From Eledone cirrhosa (taxonomy: Eukaryota), in NCBI GenBank assembly GCA_964016885.1, contig OZ024743.1, forward strand, positions 132,184,001-132,248,000: 64,000 bases of DNA, in the 5' to 3' direction. Each line of letters opens with the position of its first letter. Position 1 is the stretch's first letter. The notes below the pieces were generated by a model. That model had not been told where the DNA came from. It searched no databases and was given only the letters and a program-made list of their open reading frames with translations. Below are positions 50,601-62,790 of the stretch, in pieces. The position numbers and the translations under genes were made by a program.

Positions 50601-53600
50601 CTTGGTGTTTGGTGTTTGGTGCTTGGTGCTTGGTGTTTGGTGCTTGGTGTTTGGTGTTTGGTGTTTGATGCTTGGTGTTTGCTGCTTGGTGCTTGGTGCT
50701 TGGTGTTTTGTGTTTGGTGCTGGGTGCTTGGTGCCTGGTGCTTGGTGCTTGGTGGTTGTTGTTTGGTGCTTGGTGCTTGGTGATTAGTGTTTGGTGCTTT
50801 GTGCTTGCGGTTTGGTGTTTTGTGCTTGGGGTTTGGTGTTTGGTGCTTGGTGCTTGGTGTTTGGTGCTTGGTGCTTGGTGCTTGGTGCTTGGTGTTAGGT
50901 GTTTGGTGCTTGGTGCTTGGTGTTTGATGTTTGGTGCTTGGTGCTTGGTGTTTGGTGATTGGTGCTTGGTGCTCGGTGTTTGATGTTTGGTCCTTGGTGC
51001 TTGTTGTTTGGTGTTTGGTGTTTGGTGCTTGGTGTTTGGTGTTTGGTGCTTGCTGCTTGGTGCTTGGTGTTTTGTGTTTGGAGTTTGGTGCTTGGTGTTT
51101 GGTGCTTCGGTCTTGGTGTTTGGTGCTTATTGTTTGGTGCTTGGTGCTTGGTGCTTGGTGCTTGGTGTTAGGTGTTTGGTGCTTGGTGCTTGGTGTTTGG
51201 TGTTTGGTGCTTGGTGATTGGTGCTTGGTGCTTGGTTTTGGTGTTTGGTGCTTGCTGCTTGCTGCTTGGTGTTTGGTGCCTGGTGATTGGTGCTTGGTGT
51301 TTTGTGCTTGGTGCTTGGTGTTTGGTGTTTGTTGCTAGGGGCTTCGTGCTTGGTGCTTGATGTTTGGTACTTGGTGCTTGCTGTTTGGTGTTTGGTGCTT
51401 GGTGCGTGGTGTTAGGTGTTTGGTGCTTGGTGCTTGGTGTTTGATGTTTGGTGCTTGGTGTTTGGTGCTTGGTGCTTGGTTTTGGTGTTTGGTGCTTGCT
51501 GCTTGCTGCTTGGTGTTTGGTGCTTGGTGATTGGTGCTTGGTGTTTTGTGCTTGGTGCTTGGTGTTTGGTGTTTGTTGCTAGGGGCTTCGTGCTTGGTGC
51601 TTGATGTTTGGTACTTGGTGCTTGCTGTTTGGTGTTTGGTGCTTGGTGCGTGGGACTTAGTGTTTGGTGTTTGGTGCTTGGTGTTTGGTGCTTGGTGTTT
51701 GGGGCTTGGTGTTCGGTGCTTGGTGCTTGCTGCTTGGTGCTTGGTGTTTGGTGTTTGGTGCTTGGTGCTTGGTGTTTGATGTTGGGTCCTTAGTGCTTGG
51801 TGCTTGGTGTTTGGTGTTTGGTGCGTGCTGCTTGCTGCTTGTTGTTTCGTTCTTTGTGATTGGTGCTTGGTGCTTGGTGTTTGGTGCTTGGTGCTTGGTG
51901 TTTGGTGTTTGGTGTTTGGTGCTTGGGGCTTGGTGTTTTGTGCTTGGTGCTTGGTGCTTGGTGTTTCGTGTTTGGTGTTTGGTGCTTGCTGTTTGGTGCT
52001 TGGTGCTTGGTTCTGGGTGGTTGGTGTTTGCTGCTTGGTGCTTGGTGTTTGGTGTTTGGTGCTTGGTGCTTGGTGCCTGGTGTTTCGTGCTTGGTGCTTG
52101 GTGCTTGGTGTTTTGTGCTTGGTGCTTGGTGTTTGGTGTTTGTTGCTAGGGGCTTCGTGCTTGGTGCTTGATGTTTGGTACTTGGTGCTTGCTGTTTGGT
52201 GTTTGGTGCTTGGTGCGTGGGACTTAGTGTTTGGTGTTTGGGGCTTGGTGTTTGGTGCTTGGTGTTTGGGGCTTGGTGTTCGGTGCTTGGTGCTTGCTGC
52301 TTGGTGCTTTGTGTTTGGTGTTTGGTGCTTGGTGCTTGGTGTTTGATGTTGGGTCCTTAGTGCTTGGTGCTTGGTGTTTGGTGCTTGGTGTTTGGTGTTT
52401 GGTGCTTGCTGCTTGCTGCGTGTTGTTTCGTTCTTTGTGATTGGTGCTTGGTGCTTGGTGTTTGGTGCTTGGTGCTTGGTGTTTGGTGTTTGGTGTTTGG
52501 TGCTTGGGGCTTGGTGTTTTGTGCTTGGTGCTTGGTGCTTGGTGTTTGGTGTTTGGTGTTTGGTGCTTGCTGTTTGGTGCTTGGTGCTTGGTTCTGGGTG
52601 GTTGGTGTTTGCTGCTTGGTACTTGGTGTTTGGTGCTTGGTGCTTGGTGCTTGGTCTTTGGTGCTTGGTGTTTGGTGTTTGGTGCTTGGTGCTTGGTGCT
52701 TGGTGTTTGGTGCTTGGTGCTTGGTGCTTGGTGTTTGGTGCTTGGTGCTTGGTGATTAGTGTTTGTTGCTTGGTGCTTGGGGTTTGGTGGTTGGTGCTTG
52801 GTGCTTGGTGTTTGGTGTTTGGTGTTTGGTGTTTGGTGTCTGCTTTTTGGTGTTTGGTGTTTGCTGTATGGTGTTTGCTGTTTCGTATTTGGTTTTTGCT
52901 GTTTGGTGTTTGGTGTTTGCTGTTTGGTGTTTGGTGTTTGGTGTTCGGTGCTTGGTGCTTGGTGTTTGGTGCTTGGTGCTTGGTTTTTGGTGTTTGGTGC
53001 TTGGTACCTGGTGCTTGTTGTTTGGTGTTTGGTGCTTGGTGCTTGGTGCTTGGTGTTTGGTGCTTGGTGTCTGGTGTTTGGTGCTTGGTGCTTGGTGCTT
53101 GGTGTTTGGTGTTTGGTGCTTGGTGCTTGGAGTTTGGTGCTTGGTGCTTGGTGCTTAGTGCTTGGTGTTTGGTGTTTGGTGCTTGGTGTTTGGTGTTTGG
53201 TGTTTGATGCTTGGTGTGTGCTGCTTGGTGCTTGGTGCTTGGTGTTTTGTGTTTGGTGCTTGGTGCTTGGTGCCTGGTTCTTGGTGCTTGGTGCTTGTTG
53301 TTTGGTGCTTGGTGCTTGGTGATTAGTGTTTGGTGCTTGGTACTTGGTGTTTGCTGTTTGGTGCTTGGTGCTTGGTGTTTGGTGCTTGGTGCTTGGTGTT
53401 TGGTGTTTGGTGTTTGGTGCTTGGTGTCTGGTGTTTGGTGTTTGGTGTTTGGTGCTTGGTGATTGGTGCTTGGTGTTTTGTGCTTTTTGCTTGGTGTTTG
53501 GTGTTTGGTGCTAGGGTCTTGGTGCTTGGTGCTTGGTGTTTGGTGCTTGGTGCTTGGTGTTTGGTGTTTGGTGCTTGGTGCGTGGGGCTTGGTGTTTGGT

Positions 53601-55859
53601 GCTTGGTGTTTGGTGCTTGGTGTTTGGTGCTTGCTGTTTGGGGCTTGGTGCTTGGTGTTTGGTGTTTGGTGTTTGGTGCTTGGTGCTTGGTGTTTGGTGC
53701 TTGGTGCTTGGTGCTTGGTGCTTGGTGCTTGGTCTTTGGTGCTTGGTGCTTGGTGATTAGTGTTTGGTGATTGGTGCTTGGGGTTTGGTGTTTGGTGCTT
53801 GGTGTTTGGTGTTTGGTGTTTGATGCTTGGTGTGTGCTGCTTGGTGCTTGGTGCTTGGTGTTTTGTGTTTGGTGCTTGGTGCTTGGTGCCTGGTTCTTGG
53901 TGCTTGGTGCTTGTTGTTTGGTGCTTGGTGCTTGGTGATTAGTGTTTGGTGCTTGGTGCTTGGGGTTTGCTGTTTGGTGCTTGGTGTTTGGTGTTTGGTG
54001 CTTGGTGCTTGGTGTTTGGTGTTTGGCGTTTGGTGCTTGGTGTCTGGTGTTTGGTGTTTGGTGATTGGTGCTTGGGGTTTGGTGTTTGGTACTTGGTGTT
54101 TGGTGCTTGGTGCTTGCTGTTTGGTGTTTGGTGTTTGGTTCTTGGTGCTTGGTGTTTGGTGTTTGGTGCTAGGGTCTTGGTGCTTGGTGCTTGGTGTTTG
54201 GTGCTTGGTGCTTGGTGTTTGGTGTTTGGTGCTTGGTGCGTGGGACTTGGTGTTTGGTGCTTGGTGTTTGGTGCTTGGTGTTTGGTGCTTGCTGTTTGGT
54301 GCTTGGTGCTTGGTGTTTGGTGTTTGGTGTTTGGTGCTTGGTGCTTGGTGTTTGGTGCTTGGTGCTTGGTGCTTGGTGCTTGGTCTTTGGTGCTTGGTGC
54401 TTGGTGATTAGTGTTTGGTGATTGGTGCTTGGGGTTTGGTGTTTGGTACTTGGTGTTTGGTGCTTGGTGCTTGCTGTTTGGTGTTTGGTGTTTGGTTCTT
54501 GGTGCTTGGTGTTTGGTGTTTGGTGTTTGGTGCTTGGTGCTTGGTGCTTGGTGTTTGGTGCTTGGTGGTTGGTGCTTGGTGTTTGGTGCTGCGTGCTTGG
54601 TGTTTGGTGTTTGGTGTTTGGTGCTTGGTGCTTGGTGTTTGGTGTTTGTTGCTTGGTGCTTGGTATCTTGTGTTTGGTGCTTGGTGTTTGGTGTTTGGTG
54701 CTTGGTGCTTGTTGTTTGGTGTTTGGTGCTTGGTGCTTGGTGCCTGGTGTTTCGTGCTTGGTGCTTGGTGCTTGGTGTTTGGTGTTTGGTGCTTGGTGGT
54801 TGGTGTTTGGTACTTGGTGCTTGGTGCTTGGTGCTTGGTGTTTGATGCTTGGTGCTTGGTGCTTGGTGTTTGATGCTGCATGCCTGGTGTTTGGTGTTTG
54901 GTGCTTGGTGCTTGGTGTTTGGTGTTTCGTGCTTGGTGCCTGGTGCTTGTTGTTTGGTGTTTGCTGCTTGGTGTTTGGTGTTTGGTGCTTGGTGCTTGGT
55001 ATCTGGTGTTTGGTGCTTGGTGTTTGGTGTTTGGTGCTTGGTGCTTGGTGCTTGGTGTTTGGTGTTTGGTGCTTGGTGCTTGGTGTTTGGTGCTTGGTGT
55101 TTGGTGTTTGGTGTTTGATGCTTGGTGTTTGCTGCTTGGTGCTTGGTGCTTGGTGTTTTGTGTTTGGTGCTGGGTGCTTGGTGCCTGGTGCTTGGTGCTT
55201 GGTGGTTGTTGTTTGGTGCTTGGTGCTTGGTGATTAGTGTTTGGTGCTTTGTGCTTGCGGTTTGGTGTTTTGTGCTTGGGGTTTGGTGTTTGGTGCTTGG
55301 TGCTTGGTGTTTGGTGCTTGGTGCTTGGTGCTTGGTGCTTGGTGTTAGGTGTTTGGTGCTTGGTGCTTGGTGTTTGATGTTTGGTGCTTGGTGCTTGGTG
55401 TTTGGTGATTGGTGCTTGGTGCTCGGTGTTTGATGTTTGGTCCTTGGTGCTTGTTGTTTGGTGTTTGGTGTTTGGTGCTTGGTGTTTGGTGTTTGGTGCT
55501 TGCTGCTTGGTGCTTGGTGTTTTGTGTTTGGAGTTTGGTGCTTGGTGTTTGGTGCTTCGGTCTTGGTGTTTGGTGCTTATTGTTTGGTGCTTGGTGCTTG
55601 GTGCTTGGTGCTTGGTGTTAGGTGTTTGGTGCTTGGTGCTTGGTGTTTGGTGTTTGGTGCTTGGTGATTGGTGCTTGGTGCTTGGTTTTGGTGTTTGGTG
55701 CTTGCTGCTTGCTGCTTGGTGTTTGGTGCCTGGTGATTGGTGCTTGGTGTTTTGTGCTTGGTGCTTGGTGTTTGGTGTTTGTTGCTAGGGGCTTCGTGCT
55801 TGGTGCTTGATGTTTGGTACTTGGTGCTTGCTGTTTGGTGTTTGGTGCTTGGTGCGTGG
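46957..55859 (+). repeat. Higher-order tandem duplication, unit 4450 bp, 2 apparently identical copies
   Basis: All ORF pairs are offset by exactly 4450 with matching translations (46966/51416, 47921/52371, 49377/53827, 49958/54408, 51172/55622). A chimeric junction GTGCGTGG|TGTTAGG lies at 51402-51416. Confidence 0.95.
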
Positions 55860-58800
55860 GACTTAGTGTTTGGTGTTTGGTGCTTGGTGTTTGGTGCTTG
55901 GTGTTTGGGGCTTGGTGTTCGGTGCTTGGTGCTTGCTGCTTGGTGCTTGGTGTTTGGTGTTTGGTGCTTGGTGCTTGGTGTTTGATGTTGGGTCCTTAGT
56001 GCTTGGTGCTTGGTGTTTGGTGTTTGGTGTTTGCTGCTTGCTGCTTGTTGTTTCGTTCTTTGTGATTGGTGCTTGGTGCTTGGTGTTTGGTGCTTGGTGC
56101 TTGGTGTTTGGTGTTTGGTGTTTGGTGCTTGGGGCTTGGTGTTTTGTGCTTGGTGCTTGGTGCTTGGTGTTTCGTGTTTGGTGTTTGGTGCTTGCTGTTT
56201 GGTGCTTGGTGCTTGGTTCTGGGTGGTTGGTGTTTGCTGCTTGGTGCTTGGTGTTTGGTGCTTGGTGCTTGGTGCTTGTTGTTTGGTGCTTGGTGCTTGG
56301 TGCTTGGTCTTTGGTGCTTGGTGTTTGGTGTTTGGTGCTTGGTGCTTGGTGCTTGGTGTTTGGTGCTTGGTGCTTGGTGCTTGGTGTTTGGTGCTTGGTG
56401 CTTGGTGATTAGTGTTTGTTGCTTGGTGCTTGGGGTTTGGTGGTTGGTGCTTGGTGCTTGGTGTTTGGTGTTTGGTGTTTGGTGTTTGGTGTTTGCTGTT
56501 TGGTGTCTGCTTTTTGGTGTTTGGTGTTTGCTGTTTCGTATTTGGTTTTTGCTGTTTGGTGTTTGGTGTTTGCTGTTTGGTGTTTTGTGTTTGGTGTTTG
56601 GTGCTTGGTGCTTGGTGTTTGGTGCTTGGTGCTTGGTTTTTGGTGTTTGGTGCTTGGTACCTGGTGCTTGTTGTTTGGTGTTTGGTGCTTGGTGCTTGGT
56701 GCTTGGTGTTTGGTGCTTGGTGTCTGGTGTTTGGTGCTTGGTGCTTGGTGCTTGGTGTTTGGTGTTTGGTGCTGGGTGCTTGGAGTTTGGTGCTTGGTGC
56801 TTGGTGCTTAGTGCTTGGTGTTTGGTGTTTGGTGCTTGGTGTTTGGTGTTTGGTGTTTGATGCTTGGTGTGTGCTGCTTGGTGCTTGGTGCTTGGTGTTT
56901 TGTGTTTGGTGCTTGGTGCTTGGTGCCTGGTTCTTGGTGCTTGGTGCTTGTTGTTTGGTGCTTGGTGCTTGGTGATTAGTGTTTGGTGCTTGGTGCTTGG
57001 GGTTTGCTGTTTGGTACTTGGTGCTTGGTGTTTGGTGCTTGGTGCTTGGTGTTTGGTGTTTGGTGTTTGGTGTTTGGTGCTTGGTGCTTGGTGTTTGGGT
57101 TTTGGTGCTTGGTGCTTGGTGTTTGGTGTTTGGTGCTTGGTGTCTGGTGTTTGGTGCTTGGTGTTTGGTGCTTGGTGCTTGGTGCTTGGTGTTTGGTGCT
57201 GGGTGCTTGGTGCTTGGTGTTTGGTGTTTGGTGCTTGGTGCTTGGTATTTGGTGTTTGGTGTTTGATGCTTGGTGTTTGATGCTTGTTGCTTGGTGCTTG
57301 GTGTTTTGTGTTTGGTGTTTGGTGCTTGGTGTATGTACTTGGTGCTTGGTGCTTGCTGTTTGGTGCTTGGTTCTTGGTGTCTGGTGATTGGTGCTTGGTG
57401 TTTGATGTTTGGTGCTTGGTGCTTGGTGTTTGGTGTTTGGTGCTTGGTGCTTGGTGTTTGATGTTTGGTCCTTGGTGCTTGTTGTTTGGTGTTTGGTGTT
57501 TGGTGCTTGGTGTTTGGTGTTTGGTGCTTGCTGCTTGGTGCTTGGTGTTTTGTGTTTGGAGTTTGGTGCTTGGTGTTTGGTGCTTCGGTCTTGGTGTTTG
57601 GTGCTTATTGTTTGGTGCTTGGTGCTTGGTGCTTGGTGTTTGGTGTTAGGTGTTTGGTGCTTGGTGCTTGGTGTTTGATGTTTGGTGCTTGGTGTTTGGT
57701 GCTTGGTGCTTGGTTTTGGTGTTTGGTGCTTGCTGCTTGCTGCTTGGTGTTTGGTGCTTGGTGATTGGTGCTTGGTGTTTTGTGCTTGGTGCTTGGTGTT
57801 TGGTGTGTGTTGCTAGGGGCTTCGTGCTTGGTGCTTGATGTTTGGTACTTGGTGCTTGCTGTTTGGTGTTTGGTGCTTGGTGCGTGGGACTTAGTGTTTA
57901 ATGTTTGGTGCTTGGTGTTTGGTGCTTGGTGTTTGGGGCTTGGTGTTCGGTGCTTGGTGCTTGCTGCTTGGTGCTTGGTGTTTGGTGTTTGGTGCTTGGT
58001 GCTTGGTGTTTGATGTTGGGTCCTTAGTGCTTGCTGCTTGGTGTTTGGTGTTTGGTGCTTGCTGCTTGCTGCTTGTTGTTTCGTTCTTTGTGATTGGTGC
58101 TTGGTGCTTGGTGTTTGGTGCTTGGTGCTTGGTGTTTGGTGTTTGGTGTTTGGTGCTTGGGGCTTGGTGTTTTGTGCTTGGTGCTTGGTGCTTGGTGTTT
58201 CGTGTTTGGTGTTTGGTGCTTGCTGTTTGGTGCTTGGTGCTTGGTTCTGGGTGGTTGGTGTTTGCTGCTTGGTGCCTGGTGTTTGGTGCTTGGTGCTTGG
58301 TGCTTGTTGTTTGGTGCTTGGTGCTTGGTGCTTGGTCTTTGGTGCTTGGTGTTTGGTGTTTGGTGCTTGGTGCTTGGTGCTTGGTGTTTGGTGCTTGGTG
58401 CTTGGTGCTTGGTGTTTGGTGCTTGGTGCTTGGTGATTAGTGTTTGTTGCTTGGTGCTTGGGGTTTGGTGGTTGGTGCTTGGTGCTTGGTGTTTTGTGTT
58501 TGGTGTTTGGTGTTTGGTGTTTGCTGTTTGGTGTCTGCTTTTTGGTGTTTGGTGTTTGCTGTTTCGTATTTGGTTTTTGCTGTTTGGTGTTTGGTGTTTG
58601 CTGTTTGGTGTTTGGTGTTTGGTGTTTGGTGCTTGGTGCTTGGTGTTTGGTGCTTGGTGCTTGGTTTTTGGTGTTTGGTGCATGGTACCTGGTGCTTGTT
58701 GTTTGGTGTTTGGTGCTTGGTGCTTGGTGCTTGGTGTTTGGTGCTTGGTGTCTGGTGTTTGGTGCTTGGTGCTTGGTGCTTGGTGTTTGGTGTTTGGTGC

Positions 58801-60560
58801 TTGGTGCTTGGTGTTTGGTGTTTGGTGCTGGGTGCTTGGAGTTTGGTGCTTGGTGCTTGGTGCTTAGTGCTTGGTGTTTGGTGTTTGGTGCTTTGTGTTT
58901 GGTGTTTGGTGTTTGATGCTTGGTGTGTGCTGCTTGGTGCTTGGTGCTTGGTGTTTTGTGTTTGGTGCTTGGTGCTTGGTGCCTGGTTCTTGGTGCTTGG
59001 TGTTTGTTGTTTGGTGCGTGGTGCTTGGTGATTAGTGTTTGGTGCTTGGTGCTTGGGGTTTGCTGTTTGGTGCTTGGTGCCTGGTGTTTGGTGCTTGGTG
59101 CTTGGTGTTTGGTGTTTGGTGTTTGGTGCTTGGTGTCTGGTGTTTGGTGTTTGGTGTTTGGTGCTTGGTGCTTGGTGTTTGGGTTTTGGTGCTTGGTGCT
59201 TGGTGTTTGGTGTTTGGTGCTTGGTGTCTGGTGTTTGGTGCTTGGTGTTTGGTGCTTGGTGCTTGGTGCTTGGTGTTTGGTGCTGGGTGCTTGGTGCTTG
59301 GTGTTTGGTGTTTGGTGCTTGGTGCTTGGTATTTGGTGTTTGGTGTTTGATGCTTGGTGTTTGATGCTTGTTGCTTGGTGCTTGGTGTTTTGTGTTTGGT
59401 GTTTGGTGCTTGGTGTATGTACTTGGTGCTTGGTGCTTGGTGTTTGGTGCTTGGTTCTTGGTGTTTGGTGATTGGTGCTTGGTGTTTGATGTTTGGTGCT
59501 TGGTGCTTGGTGTTTGGTGGTTGGTGCTTGGTGCTTGGTGTTTGATGTTTGGTCCTTGGTGCTTGTTGTTTGGTGTTTGGTGTTTGGTGCTTGGTGTTTG
59601 GTGTTTGGTGCTTGCTGCTTGGTGCTTGGTGTTTTGTGTTTGGAGTTTGGTGCTTGGTGTTTGGTGCTTCGGTATTGGTGTTTGGTGCTTATTGTTTGGT
59701 GCTTGGTGCTTGGTGCTTGGTGCTTGGTGTTAGGTGTTTGGTGCTTGGTGCTTGGTGTTTGATGTTTGGTGCTTGGTGTTTGGTGCTTGGTGCTTGGTTT
59801 TGGTGTTTGGTGCTTGCTGCTTGGTGCTTGGTGTTTGGTGCTTGGTGATTCGTGCTTGGTGTTTTGTGCTTGGTGCTTGGTGTTTGGTGTTTGTTGCTAG
59901 GGGCTTCGTGCTTGGTGCTTGATGTTTGGTACTTGGTGCTTGCTGTTTGGTGTTTGGTGCTTGGTGCGTGGGACTTAGTGTTTGGTGTTTGGTGCTTGGT
60001 GTTTGGTGCTTGGTGTTTGGGGCTTGGTGTTCGGTGCTTGGTGCTTGCTGCTTGGTGCTTGGTGTTTGGTGTTTGGTGCTTGGTGCTTGGTGTTTGATGT
60101 TGGGTCCTTAGTGCTTGGTGCTTGGTGTTTGGTGTTTGGTGCTTGCTGCTTGCTGCTTGTTGTTTCGTTCTTTGTGATTGGTGCTTGGTGCTTGGTGTTT
60201 GGTGCTTGGTGCTTGGTGTTCGGTGTTTGGTGTTTGGTGCTTGGGGCTTGGTGTTTTGTGCTTGGTGCTTGGTGCTTGGTGTTTGGTGTTTGGTGTTTGG
60301 TGCTTGATGTTTGGTGCTTGGTGCTTGGTTCTGGGTGGTTGGTGTTTGCTGCTTGGTGCTTGGTGTTTGGTGCTTGGTGCTTGGTGCTTGTTGTTTGGTG
60401 CTTGGTGCTTGGTGCTTGGTCTTTGGTGCTTGGTGTTTGGTGTTTGGTGCTTGGTGCTTGGTGCTTGGTGTTTGGTGATTGTTGCTTGGTGCTTGGTGTT
60501 TGGTGCTTGGTGCTTGGTGATTAGTGTTTGTTGCTTGGTGCTTGGGGTTTGGTGGTTGGT
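55620..60560 (+). repeat. Diverged higher-order repeat, period ~2.03-2.08 kb, ~2.4 copies
   Basis: ORF offsets of 2028 (55737/57765, 56010/58038), 2056 (56864/58920) and 2084 (57270/59354, 58094/60178). Private marker GTATGTAC at ~57331 and ~59415. More SNPs between copies than in the 4450 or 5662 units. Confidence 0.85.
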
Positions 60561-62129
60561 GCTTGGTGTTTGGTGTTTGGTGCTTGGTGCCTGGTGCTTG
60601 GTGTTTGGTGCTTGGTGCTTGGTGTTAGGTGATTGGTGCTTGGTGTTTGGTGCTTGGTGCTTGGTGCTTGGTGCTTGGTGTTAGGCGTTTGGTGCTTGGT
60701 GCTTGGTGTTTGATGTTTGGTCCTTGGTGCTTGGTGTTTGGTATTTGGTGCTTGGTGCTTGGTGTTTGGTGTTTGGTGCTTGGTGATTGGTGCTTGGTGT
60801 TTTGTGCTTTTTGCTTGGTGTTTGGTGTTTGGTGCTAGGGTCTTGGTGCTTGGTGCTTGGTGCTTGGTGCTTGGTGTTTGGTGTTTGGTGCTTAGTGCGT
60901 GGGGGCTTGGTATTTGGTGCTTGGTGTTTGGTGCTTGGTGTTTGGTGCTTGCTGTTTGGTGCTTGGTGCTTGGTGTTTGGTGTTTGGTGTTTGGTGCTTG
61001 GTGCTTGGTGTTTGGTGCTTGGTGCTTGGTGCTTGGTGCTTGGTCTTTGGTGCTTGGTGCTTGGTGATTAGTGTTTGGTGATTGGTGCTTGGGGTTTGGT
61101 GTTTGGTACTTGGTGTTTGGTGCTTGGTGCTTGCTGTTTGGTGTTTGGTGTTTGGTTCTTGGTGCTTGGTGTTTGGTGTTTGGTGTTTGGTGCTTGGTGC
61201 TTGGTGCTTGGTGTTTGGTGCTTGGTGCTTGGTGCTTGGTGTTTGGTGCTGCATGCTTGGTGTTTGGTGTTTGGTGCTTGGTGCCTGCTGCTTGTTGTTT
61301 GGTGTTTGGTGCTAAGTGCTTGGTGTTTGGTGTTTGGTGCTTGGTGCTTGGTGGCTGGTGTTTGGTGCTTGGTGTTTGGTGTTTGGTGCTTGGTGCTTGG
61401 TGCCTGGTGTTTCGTGCTTGGTGCTTGGTGCTTGGTGTTTGGTGTTTGGTGCCTGGTGGTTGGTGTTTGGTGTTTGGTGCTTGGTGCTTGGTGTTTGGTG
61501 CTTGGTGCTTGGTTTTTGGTGTTTGGTGCTTGGTACCTGGTGCTTGTTGTTTGGTGTTTGGTGCTTGGTGCTTGGTGCTTGGTGTTTGGTGCTTGGTGTC
61601 TGGTGTTTGGTGCTTGGTGCTTGGTGCTTGGTGTTTGGTGTTTGGTGCTTGGTGCTTGGTGTTTGGTGTTTGGTGCTGGGTGCTTGGAGTTTGGTGCTTG
61701 GTGCTTGGTGCTTAGTGCTTGGTGTTTGGTGTTTGGTGCTTGGTGTTTGGTGTTTGGTGTTTGATGCTTGGTGTGTGCTGCTTGGTGCTTGGTGCTTGGT
61801 GTTTTGTGTTTGGTGCTTGGTGCTTGGTGCCTGGTTCTTGGTGCTTGGTGCTTGTTGTTTGGTGCTTGGTGCTTGGTGATTAGTGTTTGGTGCTTGGTGC
61901 TTGGGGTTTGCTGTTTGGTGCTTGGTGCTTGGTGTTTGGTGCTTGGTGCTTGGTGTTTGGTGTTTGGTGTTTGGTGCTTGGTGTCTGGTGTTTGGTGTTT
62001 GGTGTTTGGTGCTTGGTGCTTGGTGTTTGGGTTTTGGTGCTTGGTGCTTGGTGTTTGGTGTTTGGTGCTTGGTGTTTGGTGTTTGGTGCTTGGTGTTTGG
62101 TGCTTGGTGCTTGGTGCTTGGTGTTTGGT

Positions 62130-62790
62130 GCTGGGTGCTTGGTGCTTGGTGTTTGGTGTTTGGTGCTTGGTGCCTGGTGTTTGGTGTTTGGTGTTTGATG
62201 CTTGGTGTTTGATGCTTGGTGCGTGGGACTTAGTGTTTGTTGTTTGGTGCTTGGTGTTTGGTGCTTGGTGTTTGGGGCTTGGTGTTCGGTGCTTGGTGCT
62301 TGCTGCTTGGTGCTTGGTGTTTGGTGTTTGGTGCTTGGTGCTTGGTGTTTGATGTTGGGTCCTTAGTGCTTGGTGCTTGGTGTTTGGTGTTTGGTGCTTG
62401 CTGCTTGCTGCTTGTTGTTTCGTTCTTTGTGATTGGTGCTTGGTGCTTGGTGTTTGGTGCTGGGTGCTTGGTGCTTGGTGTTTGGTGTTTGGTGCTTGGT
62501 GCCTGGTGTTTGGTGTTTGGTGTTTGATGCTTGGTGTTTGATGCTTGGTGCGTGGGACTTAGTGTTTGGTGTTTGGTGCTTGGTGTTTGGTGCTTGGTGT
62601 TTGGGGCTTGGTGTTCGGTGCTTGGTGCTTGCGGCTTGATGCTTGGTGTTTGGTGTTTGGTGCTTGGTGCTTGGTGTTTGATGTTGTCTCCTTAGTGCTT
62701 GGTGCTTGGTGTTTGGTGTTTGGTGCTTGCTGCTTGCTGCTTGTTGTTTCGTTCTTTGTGATTGGTGCTTGGTGCTTGGTGTTTGGTGCT
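62130..62790 (+). repeat. 329-bp (47-unit) local tandem duplication
   Basis: ORFs at 62237 and 62566. The markers GCGTGGGAC (62221/62550) and TTCGTTCTTTGTGA are duplicated at an offset of 329. Confidence 0.8.
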
